A DNA stretch of 52,644 bases from Candidatus Avispirillum sp. (GCA_045597805.1 JAZLKW010000024.1:1-52644); one strand, 5' to 3'. Shown: positions 7,672 to 17,613, counted from the first letter of the stretch. Numbers and translations are program-made. The notes: generated from the sequence alone by a model not told the origin.

Positions 7672-9438
7672 TCATTTCGCGCGGGTCTCGATTTCCTCGG
7701 CGACCATCCTGATGAAGTCGTCGGCGGACATGACCTCGTTGGCAACGGTGTCGCGGCGGCGGACGGAAACGGTGCCGTCCTCCTGCTCCTTATCGCCGAT
7801 AATGAGCATATAGGGGACCTTGGAAAGCTGTGCTTCGCGGATCTTGAAGCCGGTCTTTTCCTGGCGCTTGTCAGATACGCAGCGGATGCCCTGCTTCTTC
7901 ATCTTCGCGATAAGCTCGTCCACGTACTCGTTGTTTCTGTCGGTGATGGGAAGCACCTTTACCTGGCAGGGAGCCAGCCACGTGGGGAATTTACCGCCGA
8001 AGTGCTCGATGATGACGCCGATGAATCTTTCAACGGAGCCGAACACGACGCGGTGGATCATTACGGGGCAATGCTTCTCGCCGTCGGAACCGGTATACTC
8101 AAGGCCGAATCTGCCGGGGAGCTGATAGTCAAGCTGGATGGTACCGCACTGCCACGTTCTGCCCAGGCTGTCCTGGATATGGAAGTCAAGCTTCGGGCCG
8201 TAGAATGCGCCGTCGCCCACGTTGATGATATATTCCTTGCCGATGCTGGTAATGGCGTCAGCAAGCGCGGACGTTGCGATCTCCCAGTCCTTCTCGTCAC
8301 CGATGTGGTCCTCGGGCATGGTGGAAAGCTCTATCTTATAGGGCAGTCCGAACAGAGAATAAACCTCGTCGAACAGCTGTGCGATGCGGATGACCTCGTC
8401 CTTTATCTGCTCGGGAGCAAGGAGGATGTGGGCATCGTCCTGAGTGAAGCAGCGGACACGGAACAGACCGTGCAGAGCGCCGGAAAGCTCGTGGCGGTGT
8501 ACTCTGCCCAGCTCGCCGTAACGGAGAGGAAGCTCCTTATAGGAGTGGGGCTCCAGCTGATAAACGAGAATGGAGCCGGGGCAGTTCATGGGCTTGACAG
8601 CGAAGTCCTCCTCGTCGATAACGGTGGTGTACATGTTTTCCTTGTAGTGATCCCAGTGGCCGGAGGTCTCCCACAGAGTTCTCTTCATGATCTGGGGGGT
8701 GGAGATCTCAAGATAATCCCACTTTTCGTGGACCTCGTGCCAGTAGTCAAGAAGGGTGTTTCTGAGGATCATACCGTTGGGCAGGAAGAAAGGCATTCCG
8801 GGAGCCTCGTCGCGCAGAGCGAACAGTCCCATTTCCTTACCTAATTTTCTGTGGTCGCGCTTCTTCGCTTCCTCGATCTTGTTGATGTACTCTTCAAGGT
8901 CTGCCTTGGAGGAGAACGCCGTGCCGTAAATTCTAGTCAGCATCTTGTTCTTTTCGCTGCCGCGCCAGTACGCGCCCGCAACGCTTAAGAGCTTGAATGC
9001 CTTGACGGCGGAGGTGTAGGTGACGTGAGGGCCTGCGCACAGGTCAACGTAGTCGCCCTGCTTGAAGAAGGACAGCTCCTCGTCCTCGGGCAGATCGTTG
9101 ATAAGTTCTACCTTGTAGGGCTCGCCCTTTTCTTCCATGAGCTTTATCGCCTCGGCGCGGGGCAGAGTGAAGCGCTCCATCTTGAGGTTTTCCTTGACGA
9201 TCTTCTTCATCTCAGCCTCGATAGCCTCAAGCTCCTCGTCTGCGAAGGGAGTCTCGCGGTCAAAATCGTAGTAGAAGCCGTCCTTGATGGAGGGGCCTAT
9301 CGCAAGCTTGGTGTCGGGATAGAGGCGTTTTACAGCCTGCGCCATGATGTGGGACGCCGTGTGACGGAGGGCGCCTGCGCCTATCTCTTCTTCAAAGGAA
9401 TGCTCTTCGACACTCCCGTCGTGCATGATTACTTTCAT
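7672..9438 (-). CDS. thrS: Threonine--tRNA ligase
   Basis: RHTASH, DLCAGPHV, RDHRKLG, KPMNCPG, GAFYGPKLD and MIHR motifs. Confidence 0.98.
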   Translation of the reverse strand: MKVIMHDGSVEEHSFEEEIGAGALRHTASHIMAQAVKRLYPDTKLAIGPSIKDGFYYDFDRETPFADEELEAIEAEMKKIVKENLKMERFTLPRAEAIKLMEEKGEPYKVELINDLPEDEELSFFKQGDYVDLCAGPHVTYTSAVKAFKLLSVAGAYWRGSEKNKMLTRIYGTAFSSKADLEEYINKIEEAKKRDHRKLGKEMGLFALRDEAPGMPFFLPNGMILRNTLLDYWHEVHEKWDYLEISTPQIMKRTLWETSGHWDHYKENMYTTVIDEEDFAVKPMNCPGSILVYQLEPHSYKELPLRYGELGRVHRHELSGALHGLFRVRCFTQDDAHILLAPEQIKDEVIRIAQLFDEVYSLFGLPYKIELSTMPEDHIGDEKDWEIATSALADAITSIGKEYIINVGDGAFYGPKLDFHIQDSLGRTWQCGTIQLDYQLPGRFGLEYTGSDGEKHCPVMIHRVVFGSVERFIGVIIEHFGGKFPTWLAPCQVKVLPITDRNNEYVDELIAKMKKQGIRCVSDKRQEKTGFKIREAQLSKVPYMLIIGDKEQEDGTVSVRRRDTVANEVMSADDFIRMVAEEIETRAK

Positions 9439-9463
9439 CTTTTATATCTCCTGTTTTTAATAA

Positions 9464-9492
9464 ATTATATTCGTTTTCGGTGCGGATCACAA
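9464..9492 (-). promoter_or_regulatory. Possible internal promoter directly upstream of thrS
   Basis: TTGTGA-17bp-TATAAT on the minus strand. Confidence 0.4.
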
Positions 9493-9512
9493 AACTCCGC
9501 TTTGCATGTAAA

Positions 9513-11864
9513 TCATTTCCCCCAGCGGTGGCCGTTCAGGTATATCTGTACCATGGGGGTCTTATCAAAGCTGATAGTGCCGGGAAGGTGCATCGCACCC
9601 GCGTTTTCGGGGCCGGTCAGCATTATCGAGTTCGACTTGATGTAGTTATAAAGCCAGGTGTATCTCTCCTCATAGAGAGCGCGGGAGGCGCTGTCGCCGT
9701 TTGTATACAGTCTGTCATATGCGGCGGAAAGTCCCAGCATCTCGCAGTTCATCAGCAGGTTATTGAGACACCCCGTGCAGTTCGGGCTGTCGCACTCATC
9801 CATCGCCGCCACGATCTCCGCTCGCATTTCTTCGTAGTGAGCATTGAGATAGGATTCCGAATACGCGTCGAAGGGACGGTAGAAGTACGCGCCGCAGACT
9901 GTATCATCCTGTTCGGACGCCTCGTCCAGATAGCAGATGTAGTTGTAGATATGCTCGTAGCCCGCGCCGTATTTCACACGGAGGAACTTCTTCATCATTG
10001 CCACGTACTCGTCAAAGGTCATCGAGGGGTTCCACATGACCTCGGAGGCGAGGAATGCGTTCATATCGCAGAAGGTATATTCGGGGCCGCCGGCCTGGAC
10101 GCCCTCGTAATAGAAGCCCACGACGCCCTGCTCGCACATCCACGTGATATCGTAGTAGATGTCGAAGAACTTGGGCATATCGACGATATAGAACAAGTAG
10201 TTTTCGGGATAGTACCAGGTATAGATCTGTGCGCCTGCCTCGCGGCAGATCTCGCCCCAGTTTCTGATAGCTTCAGCATCCTGCTTTGCGCTGTGGGTAT
10301 CGGCATTAATGGGGGCGCATTTGTCGGGATCGGCAAGGCGGCATTTGGTACATCCGGAAATGTTGTCGCAGTAGCAGAGCACCATATTCTCGCGGGGACG
10401 CACGCTTTCGGGCACAGTACCGTCATAGAGAATGGAGAATATCTGAACGTCTGGATATATCTCCTTTATCCTGTCGGCGGCACGGATTATCATAGCCAGA
10501 TACGTGCCGGAATAGCTTTCCTTTTTGAAGGTCACGCTCTTTTCGTCCTCGGACAGCTCGTAGTATCCGACGTAATTTGCAAGGTGATCCTTCTGTGAGC
10601 CGCGGAGCCTTACCGTTGTGCCGTTGGCCTTTGCGTTGCAGAGAGAGCATTTGCAATAGTCGGGGTTATCGTTTATGGAGAACGAGAGCATATGGCAATC
10701 CTTCGCGAAATTGAGGGTCTTCCCTCTCGCCCTCAGCATTTCCACAACGTCAAGCATGCCCGAATAAAGCGTTTCGAACACACTGTCATCGGAGGCGCAT
10801 GGCTGTATTGATATGGAATCGGCGGCGCTCGCTCCTCCGCCGTTCAGGAATTTCTGATAGTACCTGTCGGCCAGGGACATGACCGTGCCGTCGGGGTTCA
10901 GCGTTCCCTCGGGAGGCATTTCGCCCTCGCCCATGGGCTTATAATACCAGAAGGAATGGGCATTGAGCATCTGCGGGCCCACAAAGCTGCCGTAATAGCT
11001 TTCGGGGTTTATCTCAACGTGGATATTATTGATATGGCGTGCAAGTGCATAGTATTCCATTGTGCTCCCGCCACCGAAGGTATGCATACAGAAACGGTTT
11101 TTGGTGGGAGTTCTGAAATAGAAATCGGTACCCTCGGGGATATCGGAAGCTCTCAGCTTTTCGCTGTGAGTGAAATTGGCGCTGCAGAAGAACACGCCCA
11201 GATATTTTTCGAGGATATCGTATGCGGCGTACATATTGCCTCTCGTGGCGCCGTATATTTCGAGATCTCCGTTTTCGACCTTATACTCGTAGCCGTCGGG
11301 ACCCAGCTTTTCGCCCAGCTCGGTATCGAGGGGAACGCTGTGGAGCCTTATGGCTTGACCCTCGCAGTCGCCGTAGACCTTGGGCAGGGTGAAGCCGGTC
11401 ATCTTCTCTATGTATTTCAGTAAAAGCTCGTAGGCGAAATAAATATTGTCGTTATAGCCTGCGTCGGCGGGGAGCACGAGAGAATACTCCGAAATATCGT
11501 TGCCGCCGATGGTGAACTTATACACTCTTTCGCCGTTCTCGAAGGAGGCTGTATCGGTGACCCCGGCGAGGCACGCCTTGATATAGAAATTATCCTTCGA
11601 GGTGATCCTGCCGTCGGCGTCGAGGTCGGCGGCGGACTTATTTATCTCGGGGTCAAATCCCGAAACATAGCGCACGATAAGCGCGCCGTCGCGGGCATTG
11701 ACGGCGCCGTCGTCGTCGGTGTCGCCTACCTTATAGGAATCGGTCTGCCAGAACGACTGGTTTATCCTCAGGTTGTCTTCACCTTTCGTGTCGTCAGCAA
11801 GCACGGGCAGGCACATTGCCGCCAGCATGGCCATGACGAGAAGCGCGGAAATTAATCTTTTCAT
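9513..11864 (-). CDS. Secreted dockerin + DUF4838-like protein (tandem paralogue 2)
   Basis: Signal peptide MKRLISALL; dockerin GDTDDDGAVNARD...ADLDADGRITSKD; GATRGNMYAAYDILE; NDNPDYCKCSLC; VMWNP...YGAG. Confidence 0.85.
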   Translation of the reverse strand: MKRLISALLVMAMLAAMCLPVLADDTKGEDNLRINQSFWQTDSYKVGDTDDDGAVNARDGALIVRYVSGFDPEINKSAADLDADGRITSKDNFYIKACLAGVTDTASFENGERVYKFTIGGNDISEYSLVLPADAGYNDNIYFAYELLLKYIEKMTGFTLPKVYGDCEGQAIRLHSVPLDTELGEKLGPDGYEYKVENGDLEIYGATRGNMYAAYDILEKYLGVFFCSANFTHSEKLRASDIPEGTDFYFRTPTKNRFCMHTFGGGSTMEYYALARHINNIHVEINPESYYGSFVGPQMLNAHSFWYYKPMGEGEMPPEGTLNPDGTVMSLADRYYQKFLNGGGASAADSISIQPCASDDSVFETLYSGMLDVVEMLRARGKTLNFAKDCHMLSFSINDNPDYCKCSLCNAKANGTTVRLRGSQKDHLANYVGYYELSEDEKSVTFKKESYSGTYLAMIIRAADRIKEIYPDVQIFSILYDGTVPESVRPRENMVLCYCDNISGCTKCRLADPDKCAPINADTHSAKQDAEAIRNWGEICREAGAQIYTWYYPENYLFYIVDMPKFFDIYYDITWMCEQGVVGFYYEGVQAGGPEYTFCDMNAFLASEVMWNPSMTFDEYVAMMKKFLRVKYGAGYEHIYNYICYLDEASEQDDTVCGAYFYRPFDAYSESYLNAHYEEMRAEIVAAMDECDSPNCTGCLNNLLMNCEMLGLSAAYDRLYTNGDSASRALYEERYTWLYNYIKSNSIMLTGPENAGAMHLPGTISFDKTPMVQIYLNGHRWGK

Positions 11865-11926
11865 ATTTGTTTTATCGGGCATATAGCTTTTTAACTTTTG
11901 TTATTACCGTTTGTACCGCTATATCG

Positions 11927-14284
11927 TCAGCTCCAGCGGCGCTCGCTCTTGTATATCTGCACCAGAGGGGACTTGTCAAAACTGACGGAGGCGGGGAGGA
12001 AAAACGCGTCTGCATTGTCCGAGCCGGTCAGCTTTGATACGTTTGCTCTGATATAATTATAGAGCCAGATATATCTTTCCTCATAGAGTGCGCGGGAGGC
12101 GGCATCTCCGCTTACATACAGTCTGTCATATGCGGCGGAAAGTCCCAAAAATTCGCAGTTCATCAGCATATTATTAAGGTTCCACATGCAGTCCGGGTTG
12201 TCGCACTCCGCGATCGCCGCCGTGATCTCCGCTCTCATATCCTCATAATGAGCATCGAGATAAGACTTTGAGTACACGTCGAAGGGACGGTAGTAGAATG
12301 CGCCGCAGCAGTTATCGGACCACTGCTCGGACGCTTCGTCCAGAATACAGATGTAGTTATAGATATGCTCGTACCCCGCGCCGTATTTCACGCGGAGGAA
12401 TTTTTTCATAAGTCCCACGTACTCGTCAAAGGTCATCGAAGGGTTCCACATGACCTCGGAAGCGAGGAACGCGTTCAGGTCGCAGAGAGTGTATTCCGGG
12501 CCGTTTGACTGGACGCCCTCGTAATAGAAGCCTACGACGCCCTGCTCGCTCATCCATTTGATATCGTAATAGATATCGAAAAACTTGGGACTGTCGACGA
12601 TGTAATAAGTATAGTTTTCGGGGTAGTACCAGGAATAGAGCTGTGCTCCCGTTTCACGGCAGATTTTGCCCCAGTTACTTATTGCCTCCGCGTCGAATTT
12701 CGCGGTGTGGGTATCGGCATTGACGGGAGCGCACCCGTCGGGATCGGAGAGGCGGCATTTGGTACAGCCGGAGATGTTGTCGCAGTAGCAGAGCACCATA
12801 TTTTCGCGGGGACGTACGCTTTCGGGGACTCTGCCGTCGTAGAGAATGGAGAATATCTGAACACCGGGGTATATCTCACGTATCCTGTCGGCGGCGCGGT
12901 CTATCATCGCCATATATGTTCCGCAGGTGTTCTCTTTCTTGAAGGTGACGCTCTTTCCGTCCTCGGACAGCTCATAGTAGCCTGTATAGTTTTCCAAATG
13001 CGCTTTCTGATTGCCGCGGAGCCGGACCGTCCCTCCGTTGGTCTTCGCGCTGCAGAGAGAGCATTTGCAGTAGTCGGCGTTATCGTTTATGGAGAAGGAG
13101 AGCATATGGCGGTTCTTCGCGAAATTGAGGGTCTTCCCTCTCGCTTTCAGCATCTCGATAACGTCAAGCATGCCGGAGTAAAGCGTTTCGAACACGCTGT
13201 CGTCGGAGGCGCAGGGCTGGCCTGCGTTTGCATCGGTGACGGTGGTGCCGCCGCCGCTTAAGAATTTCTGATAATATCTGTCGGCAAGGGACATTACGGT
13301 GCCGTCGGTGTTAAGCGTTCCCTCCTCGGGCATGATACCCTCGCCCATGCACTTATAGTACCAGAACGAATGGGCATTGAGCATCTGTGCACCAACGTAG
13401 TAGCCGTAGTAGCTTTCGGGGTTGAGCACCCGGCTCAGGTTGTTCTGGTGACGGGCAAGCGCGTAGTGCTCGGTGGTGCTCTCGTTTCCGAAGGTGTGCA
13501 TGCAGAAGCGGCACACAGTGGGGGTGGTGAAACAGAAATCTGTGCCCTCGGGGATATCGGAATATCTCAGCTTTTCGCTGTGGGTGTAGCTGATATTGCA
13601 GAAAAACACGCCCAGATATTTCTCAAGGATGTCGTACGCGGCGTACATATTACCTCTCGTGGCGCCGTATATTTCGAGGTTTCCGTTTTCGACCTTATAC
13701 TCGTAGCCGTCGTCGCCCAGCACCTCTCCGTACTCGGAATCGAGGGGCACGCTGTGGAGGCGGATAGCCCTTCCGTCATAGTCGCCGTAGACCTTCGGCA
13801 GGGTGGTGCCGGTCATCTTCTCAATATATTTCAGAAGCAGCTCGTAGGCGAAATAGATATTATCGTTATAATTGGCGTCTTTCGGGAGCACCAGAGTGTA
13901 TTCGGAAATATCGTTGCCGCCGATAGTGAATCGGTATACTCTCTTTGAGTTATCGAAGGAGGCTATATCGGCGACCTCCGCGAGGCACGCCTTGATATAG
14001 AAATTATCCCTCGAGGTGACTTTGCCGTCGGCGTCGAGGTCGGCGGCGGACTCGTTTATCACGGGATCGAATCCCGACACGAATCGTACGATAAGCGCGC
14101 CGTCGCGGGCATTGACAGCACCGTCATCGTCAGCGTCTCCCGCCTTATAGGAATCGGTCTGCCATATCGGCTGGTTTATTTTCAGGTTGTCTTCTCTTTT
14201 CCAGTAGCCGTCGGCGGCAAAAACGGGCAGGCATAGTGCTGCCGTCATAATAAGAACGAGGATCAAGGAAATTAATCTTTTCAT
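11927..14284 (-). CDS. Secreted dockerin + DUF4838-like protein (tandem paralogue 1)
   Basis: Collinear with and highly similar to 9513-11864; GGAGG RBS. Confidence 0.88.
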   Translation of the reverse strand: MKRLISLILVLIMTAALCLPVFAADGYWKREDNLKINQPIWQTDSYKAGDADDDGAVNARDGALIVRFVSGFDPVINESAADLDADGKVTSRDNFYIKACLAEVADIASFDNSKRVYRFTIGGNDISEYTLVLPKDANYNDNIYFAYELLLKYIEKMTGTTLPKVYGDYDGRAIRLHSVPLDSEYGEVLGDDGYEYKVENGNLEIYGATRGNMYAAYDILEKYLGVFFCNISYTHSEKLRYSDIPEGTDFCFTTPTVCRFCMHTFGNESTTEHYALARHQNNLSRVLNPESYYGYYVGAQMLNAHSFWYYKCMGEGIMPEEGTLNTDGTVMSLADRYYQKFLSGGGTTVTDANAGQPCASDDSVFETLYSGMLDVIEMLKARGKTLNFAKNRHMLSFSINDNADYCKCSLCSAKTNGGTVRLRGNQKAHLENYTGYYELSEDGKSVTFKKENTCGTYMAMIDRAADRIREIYPGVQIFSILYDGRVPESVRPRENMVLCYCDNISGCTKCRLSDPDGCAPVNADTHTAKFDAEAISNWGKICRETGAQLYSWYYPENYTYYIVDSPKFFDIYYDIKWMSEQGVVGFYYEGVQSNGPEYTLCDLNAFLASEVMWNPSMTFDEYVGLMKKFLRVKYGAGYEHIYNYICILDEASEQWSDNCCGAFYYRPFDVYSKSYLDAHYEDMRAEITAAIAECDNPDCMWNLNNMLMNCEFLGLSAAYDRLYVSGDAASRALYEERYIWLYNYIRANVSKLTGSDNADAFFLPASVSFDKSPLVQIYKSERRWS

Positions 14285-14410
14285 ATAACCTCCGGTTTAT
14301 ATGTAATGGCTTTTCTGAAACTTATCTGTCTCCCGCCAAGTACCGGGAAAATGGAGCATATGGCTCTCCGTACGTCCGCATCGCTTACAGCGGGATATTT
14401 TCATCGGTAA

Positions 14411-14618
14411 CAAAAACGCACCCCTGCTTTCGCAAGGGTGCAGATTTACACGGTTCCACCTTGAATTTAACTCAAAACTCCCATAACGCGGGAAAGCGGT
14501 ATGCTCATCACATACGGCTCGGGAGTGGTCTTCACGGTGTTCTGCACAACGGGACTTTCAGCCCACGGTCCCGTCTCTCTTGGTGCTTTGCGCCGCTACT
14601 CTTTCCGTCACAGCCTTT
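14411..14618 (-). ncRNA. T-box riboswitch with Thr (ACC) specifier
   Basis: On the minus strand: GA motif GCTGTGACGGAAAGAGTAG, AGAGA box, GGGCTGAAA distal loop, specifier GAAG-ACC-ACTC (14527-14529), T-box AATTCAAGGTGGAACCGTG, terminator TGCACCCTTGC-GAAA-GCAGGGGTGCG-TTTTT. Confidence 0.92.
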
Positions 14619-14623
14619 ATTTA

Positions 14624-14651
14624 ATTATAGTACGATTTCCCCTTTTGTCAA
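14624..14651 (-). promoter_or_regulatory. Sigma-A promoter of the T-box leader
   Basis: TTGACA-16bp-TATAAT immediately before the T-box 5' end. Confidence 0.8.
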
Positions 14652-14681
14652 GAGGAAATTTCGGCATCAGGCGGCCTGCGT

Positions 14682-16136
14682 TTACCTCTTCGTCCACGTT
14701 GTGGGGATGAAGGCTATCATCATGGGGAGTATCTCAAGACGTCCGAACAGCATCGCCGCAGAGAGGACTATCTTCGACACGCCCGAATAAGCATGGAAAT
14801 TACCCGAAGGGCCGATAAGCTGTCCCAGACCGGGGCCCACGTTATTGAAGCAGGTCACCGTGGCGGTGATATTGGTTTCAAGATCAAAGGAGCCGGGGTC
14901 GAAGCTGAGCAGGAGAAATACAACTCCCATACAGAGGATGTACAGAGAGAAATAGTTGCTGACGGAGCGGAGCACGTCCTTTTCCACCGTCTTCCCCTCC
15001 AGCTTTACGGCACTGACGGAGCGGGGATGGATAAGGTGAAGGAACTCGTTTCTCATCATCTTGAACAGGAGCATGACGCGGGACATTTTAAGTCCGCCCG
15101 CGGTAGAGCCGGCACATCCTCCCAGAAACATAAGCACGAAGAGCAGAGCTCGCGAAGCGCCCGGCCACAGGTTGAAGTCCGTCGTGGCATAGCCCGTGGT
15201 TGTTACGATAGATGCGGTCTGGAACGAAGCGCTTCTAACCGCATCAGAGAAATTGCCGAAAAGGTGATAGATATTTACCGTGATGATCGCGACGGAGGCA
15301 AGCACGATGCAGAGATAAGTCCACAGTTCGGAGCTTTTCAGGGCATCCTTTACCTTACGGACCAGGATGAGGTAATACAGATTGAAGTTCACGCCGAACA
15401 GCAGCATAAAGACAACGATTACCCATTGGCTGTACGGGGAAAAGGCGCCGATGCTCGCCGCCCTCGTGCTGAAGCCGCCGGTACCGGCGGTACCGAAGGC
15501 GTGGACCACGCTCTCAAAAAAGCTCATATCTCCCGCCCACAGGAGAATGATCTCCGCGACGGTGATGACGATATATATGAGATACAGTATCTTTGCCGTG
15601 TCCTTGACGCGGGGCACCAGTTTACCGATTATCGGTCCGGGCATCTCGGCGCGTATAATATGGATGGAGCGGTCGGAGACGTTGGGTACTATGGCCATGA
15701 TGAACACCAGAACGCCCATACCGCCGACCCAGTGGGTGAAGCTTCTCCAGAAGAGAGCCGCGTGGGTGAGGGATTCTATGTCCGTAAGTATGGACGAGCC
15801 CGTGGTGGTAAAGCCGCTGACCGTCTCGAAAAAGGCGTCGATATAGTGAGGGATATCGCCGGATATGACGAAGGGCACGGCGCCGATGGCGGACACCGCG
15901 ATCCACGTGAGAGCCACTATGACGAAGCCCTCTTTGGCGTATATGACGTGATTCTTCGTTCTGCAGACAAGAAGAATGAGAGTGCCAAGGACTGCCGCCC
16001 CCGCCGCGGTGACGGTAAAGGACATTGTCGCGATCCGCTCGCCGTATATAAGTGACACCGCCAAAGGCAGAAGCAGCAGCGCCGCTTCGATCAGGACCAG
16101 CTGCCCCACGGTGTAGAAAACCATTCTGCGGTTCAT
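14682..16136 (-). CDS. trkH: Trk potassium uptake membrane subunit
   Basis: FFETVSGFTTTG, TGGFS, TTTGY, GSTAGGLK, NNVGPG and GRLEI motifs. Confidence 0.95.
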   Translation of the reverse strand: MNRRMVFYTVGQLVLIEAALLLLPLAVSLIYGERIATMSFTVTAAGAAVLGTLILLVCRTKNHVIYAKEGFVIVALTWIAVSAIGAVPFVISGDIPHYIDAFFETVSGFTTTGSSILTDIESLTHAALFWRSFTHWVGGMGVLVFIMAIVPNVSDRSIHIIRAEMPGPIIGKLVPRVKDTAKILYLIYIVITVAEIILLWAGDMSFFESVVHAFGTAGTGGFSTRAASIGAFSPYSQWVIVVFMLLFGVNFNLYYLILVRKVKDALKSSELWTYLCIVLASVAIITVNIYHLFGNFSDAVRSASFQTASIVTTTGYATTDFNLWPGASRALLFVLMFLGGCAGSTAGGLKMSRVMLLFKMMRNEFLHLIHPRSVSAVKLEGKTVEKDVLRSVSNYFSLYILCMGVVFLLLSFDPGSFDLETNITATVTCFNNVGPGLGQLIGPSGNFHAYSGVSKIVLSAAMLFGRLEILPMMIAFIPTTWTKR

Positions 16137-16149
16137 ACTTTTCTCCGGT

Positions 16150-17508
16150 TTATTTTATGATATCTGAAAGGTCGTTCATACCCTGCTTTTTCGCGATGAC
16201 CACCACGTGATCTCCCGTCATGATGACATCGTCACCGTTGGGGATGATGACCCTTCTGCCGCGGATTATGCCCGCTATCAGCAAATGAGACTTAAGTTTC
16301 AGATCTTTCAGGGGGATATTATAGCAGCTGAAATCTGCGCCCGCTATGAATTCCAGAGCCTCTGCTCTGCCGTCTATGAGCTTGTACATTGTCTCAATAT
16401 TGGAGCCGAGCGAATTTTCAAGCGCTCTGGCGTACCTTATGAAAATATCGGAGACGATCTTCTTGGGGGAGATTATGGTCTCCAGATCCAGCTTCTGCGC
16501 CATGGAATAGTACTCGGGGCGGTTGATCTTGGTTATGACCTTGGGCACGCCCGCGTCAGATGCCGCGTAGGACATCAGTATATTCTGCTCGTCAATGCCG
16601 GTGAGGGAGACGAAAGCGTCCATTGAGGTGAGCCCCTCCTCAAGGAGCAGTTCCTGATCGGCGCCGTCGCCGTTTATGACGACCGCCTTGGGGTTACGCT
16701 CGCGGAGCTTTACGCAAAGGTCGCGGTCCTGCTCTATGACCTTGACCTCACTGCCTCCGGAAAGGAGCATTTTGGTGAGGTAGAACGCAGTTCTTGACGC
16801 ACCCACTATCATGACGTTTTTCGCCTGTTTTGAGGTCAGCCCCAGGTCGCGGAACAGTTTCTGCACCTCGTTAAAGGTCGCCGCGATGCCTACTCTGTCG
16901 CCGCCGCGGAGCTGGAAATTACCATCGGGGATATAGAGCTCCCCGTCGCGTTCGACGGCGCATATAAGGTAACTATACGGATATTTTTTTCTCATTTCGA
17001 TGAGCTTCATGCCGTCCAGCGGGGAGTCCTCGCGGAGCTTCAGCTCGATCATTTCGAAGCTGCGGCGTGAAAAGGTCTCAATATTGACCGCACCGGGCAT
17101 TTTCAGTATATGGTATAGCTCCTGTGCCGCCAGCAGGTCCGGGTTTACGGACATAGAGAGATCCAGACTCTGGCGTATGAAGCCGAGAGAGGAGTCGTTA
17201 TACTCGGGGTTTCTTATTCTCGCCACGGTATGGGCGGCGCCCATCTTTTTCGCTATGAAGCAGGAGAGCATATTGACCTCGTCGGCGCCTGTGATGGCTG
17301 CGAAAAGCTCCGCCTTTCCAACTCCCGCCTCGGCGAGGGTGTCGTAGTCGGTACTGCTTCCGCACACACCTATGACATCGTATATATTGGTTATCCTGCG
17401 GATGACCTCCGGATCGTTATCCACCGCCACTATATCGTGGCCCTCCGTGAGAAGACTCTCTATGACGGTAGCGCCTATTTTGCCGCATCCTACTATGATT
17501 ATCCTCAT
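16150..17508 (-). CDS. trkA: Trk potassium uptake NAD-binding subunit
   Basis: IIIVGCGKIG, two RCK domains, 452 aa, adjacent to trkH. Confidence 0.95.
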   Translation of the reverse strand: MRIIIVGCGKIGATVIESLLTEGHDIVAVDNDPEVIRRITNIYDVIGVCGSSTDYDTLAEAGVGKAELFAAITGADEVNMLSCFIAKKMGAAHTVARIRNPEYNDSSLGFIRQSLDLSMSVNPDLLAAQELYHILKMPGAVNIETFSRRSFEMIELKLREDSPLDGMKLIEMRKKYPYSYLICAVERDGELYIPDGNFQLRGGDRVGIAATFNEVQKLFRDLGLTSKQAKNVMIVGASRTAFYLTKMLLSGGSEVKVIEQDRDLCVKLRERNPKAVVINGDGADQELLLEEGLTSMDAFVSLTGIDEQNILMSYAASDAGVPKVITKINRPEYYSMAQKLDLETIISPKKIVSDIFIRYARALENSLGSNIETMYKLIDGRAEALEFIAGADFSCYNIPLKDLKLKSHLLIAGIIRGRRVIIPNGDDVIMTGDHVVVIAKKQGMNDLSDIIK

Positions 17509-17529
17509 ATCTGCACCTCAAAAAGTCAA

Positions 17530-17558
17530 TATCGGCGGGCGCAATGCGCCCACCGATA
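17530..17558 (-). terminator. Hairpin after rplA (possible terminator)
   Basis: TATCGGTGGGCGC-ATT-GCGCCCGCCGATA followed by a broken T-run. Confidence 0.45.
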
Positions 17559-17613
17559 CATAAATATTTGCTTAAGTGAGTGACTTCTGATATTAATTAT
17601 CTTCCGCACTCGA

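Noticed and set aside
9300-9438. Short N-terminus of ThrS as a sign of truncation by the insertion
   Set aside because: It has a good RBS and intact editing and catalytic motifs; short N-termini occur in other bacterial ThrS.
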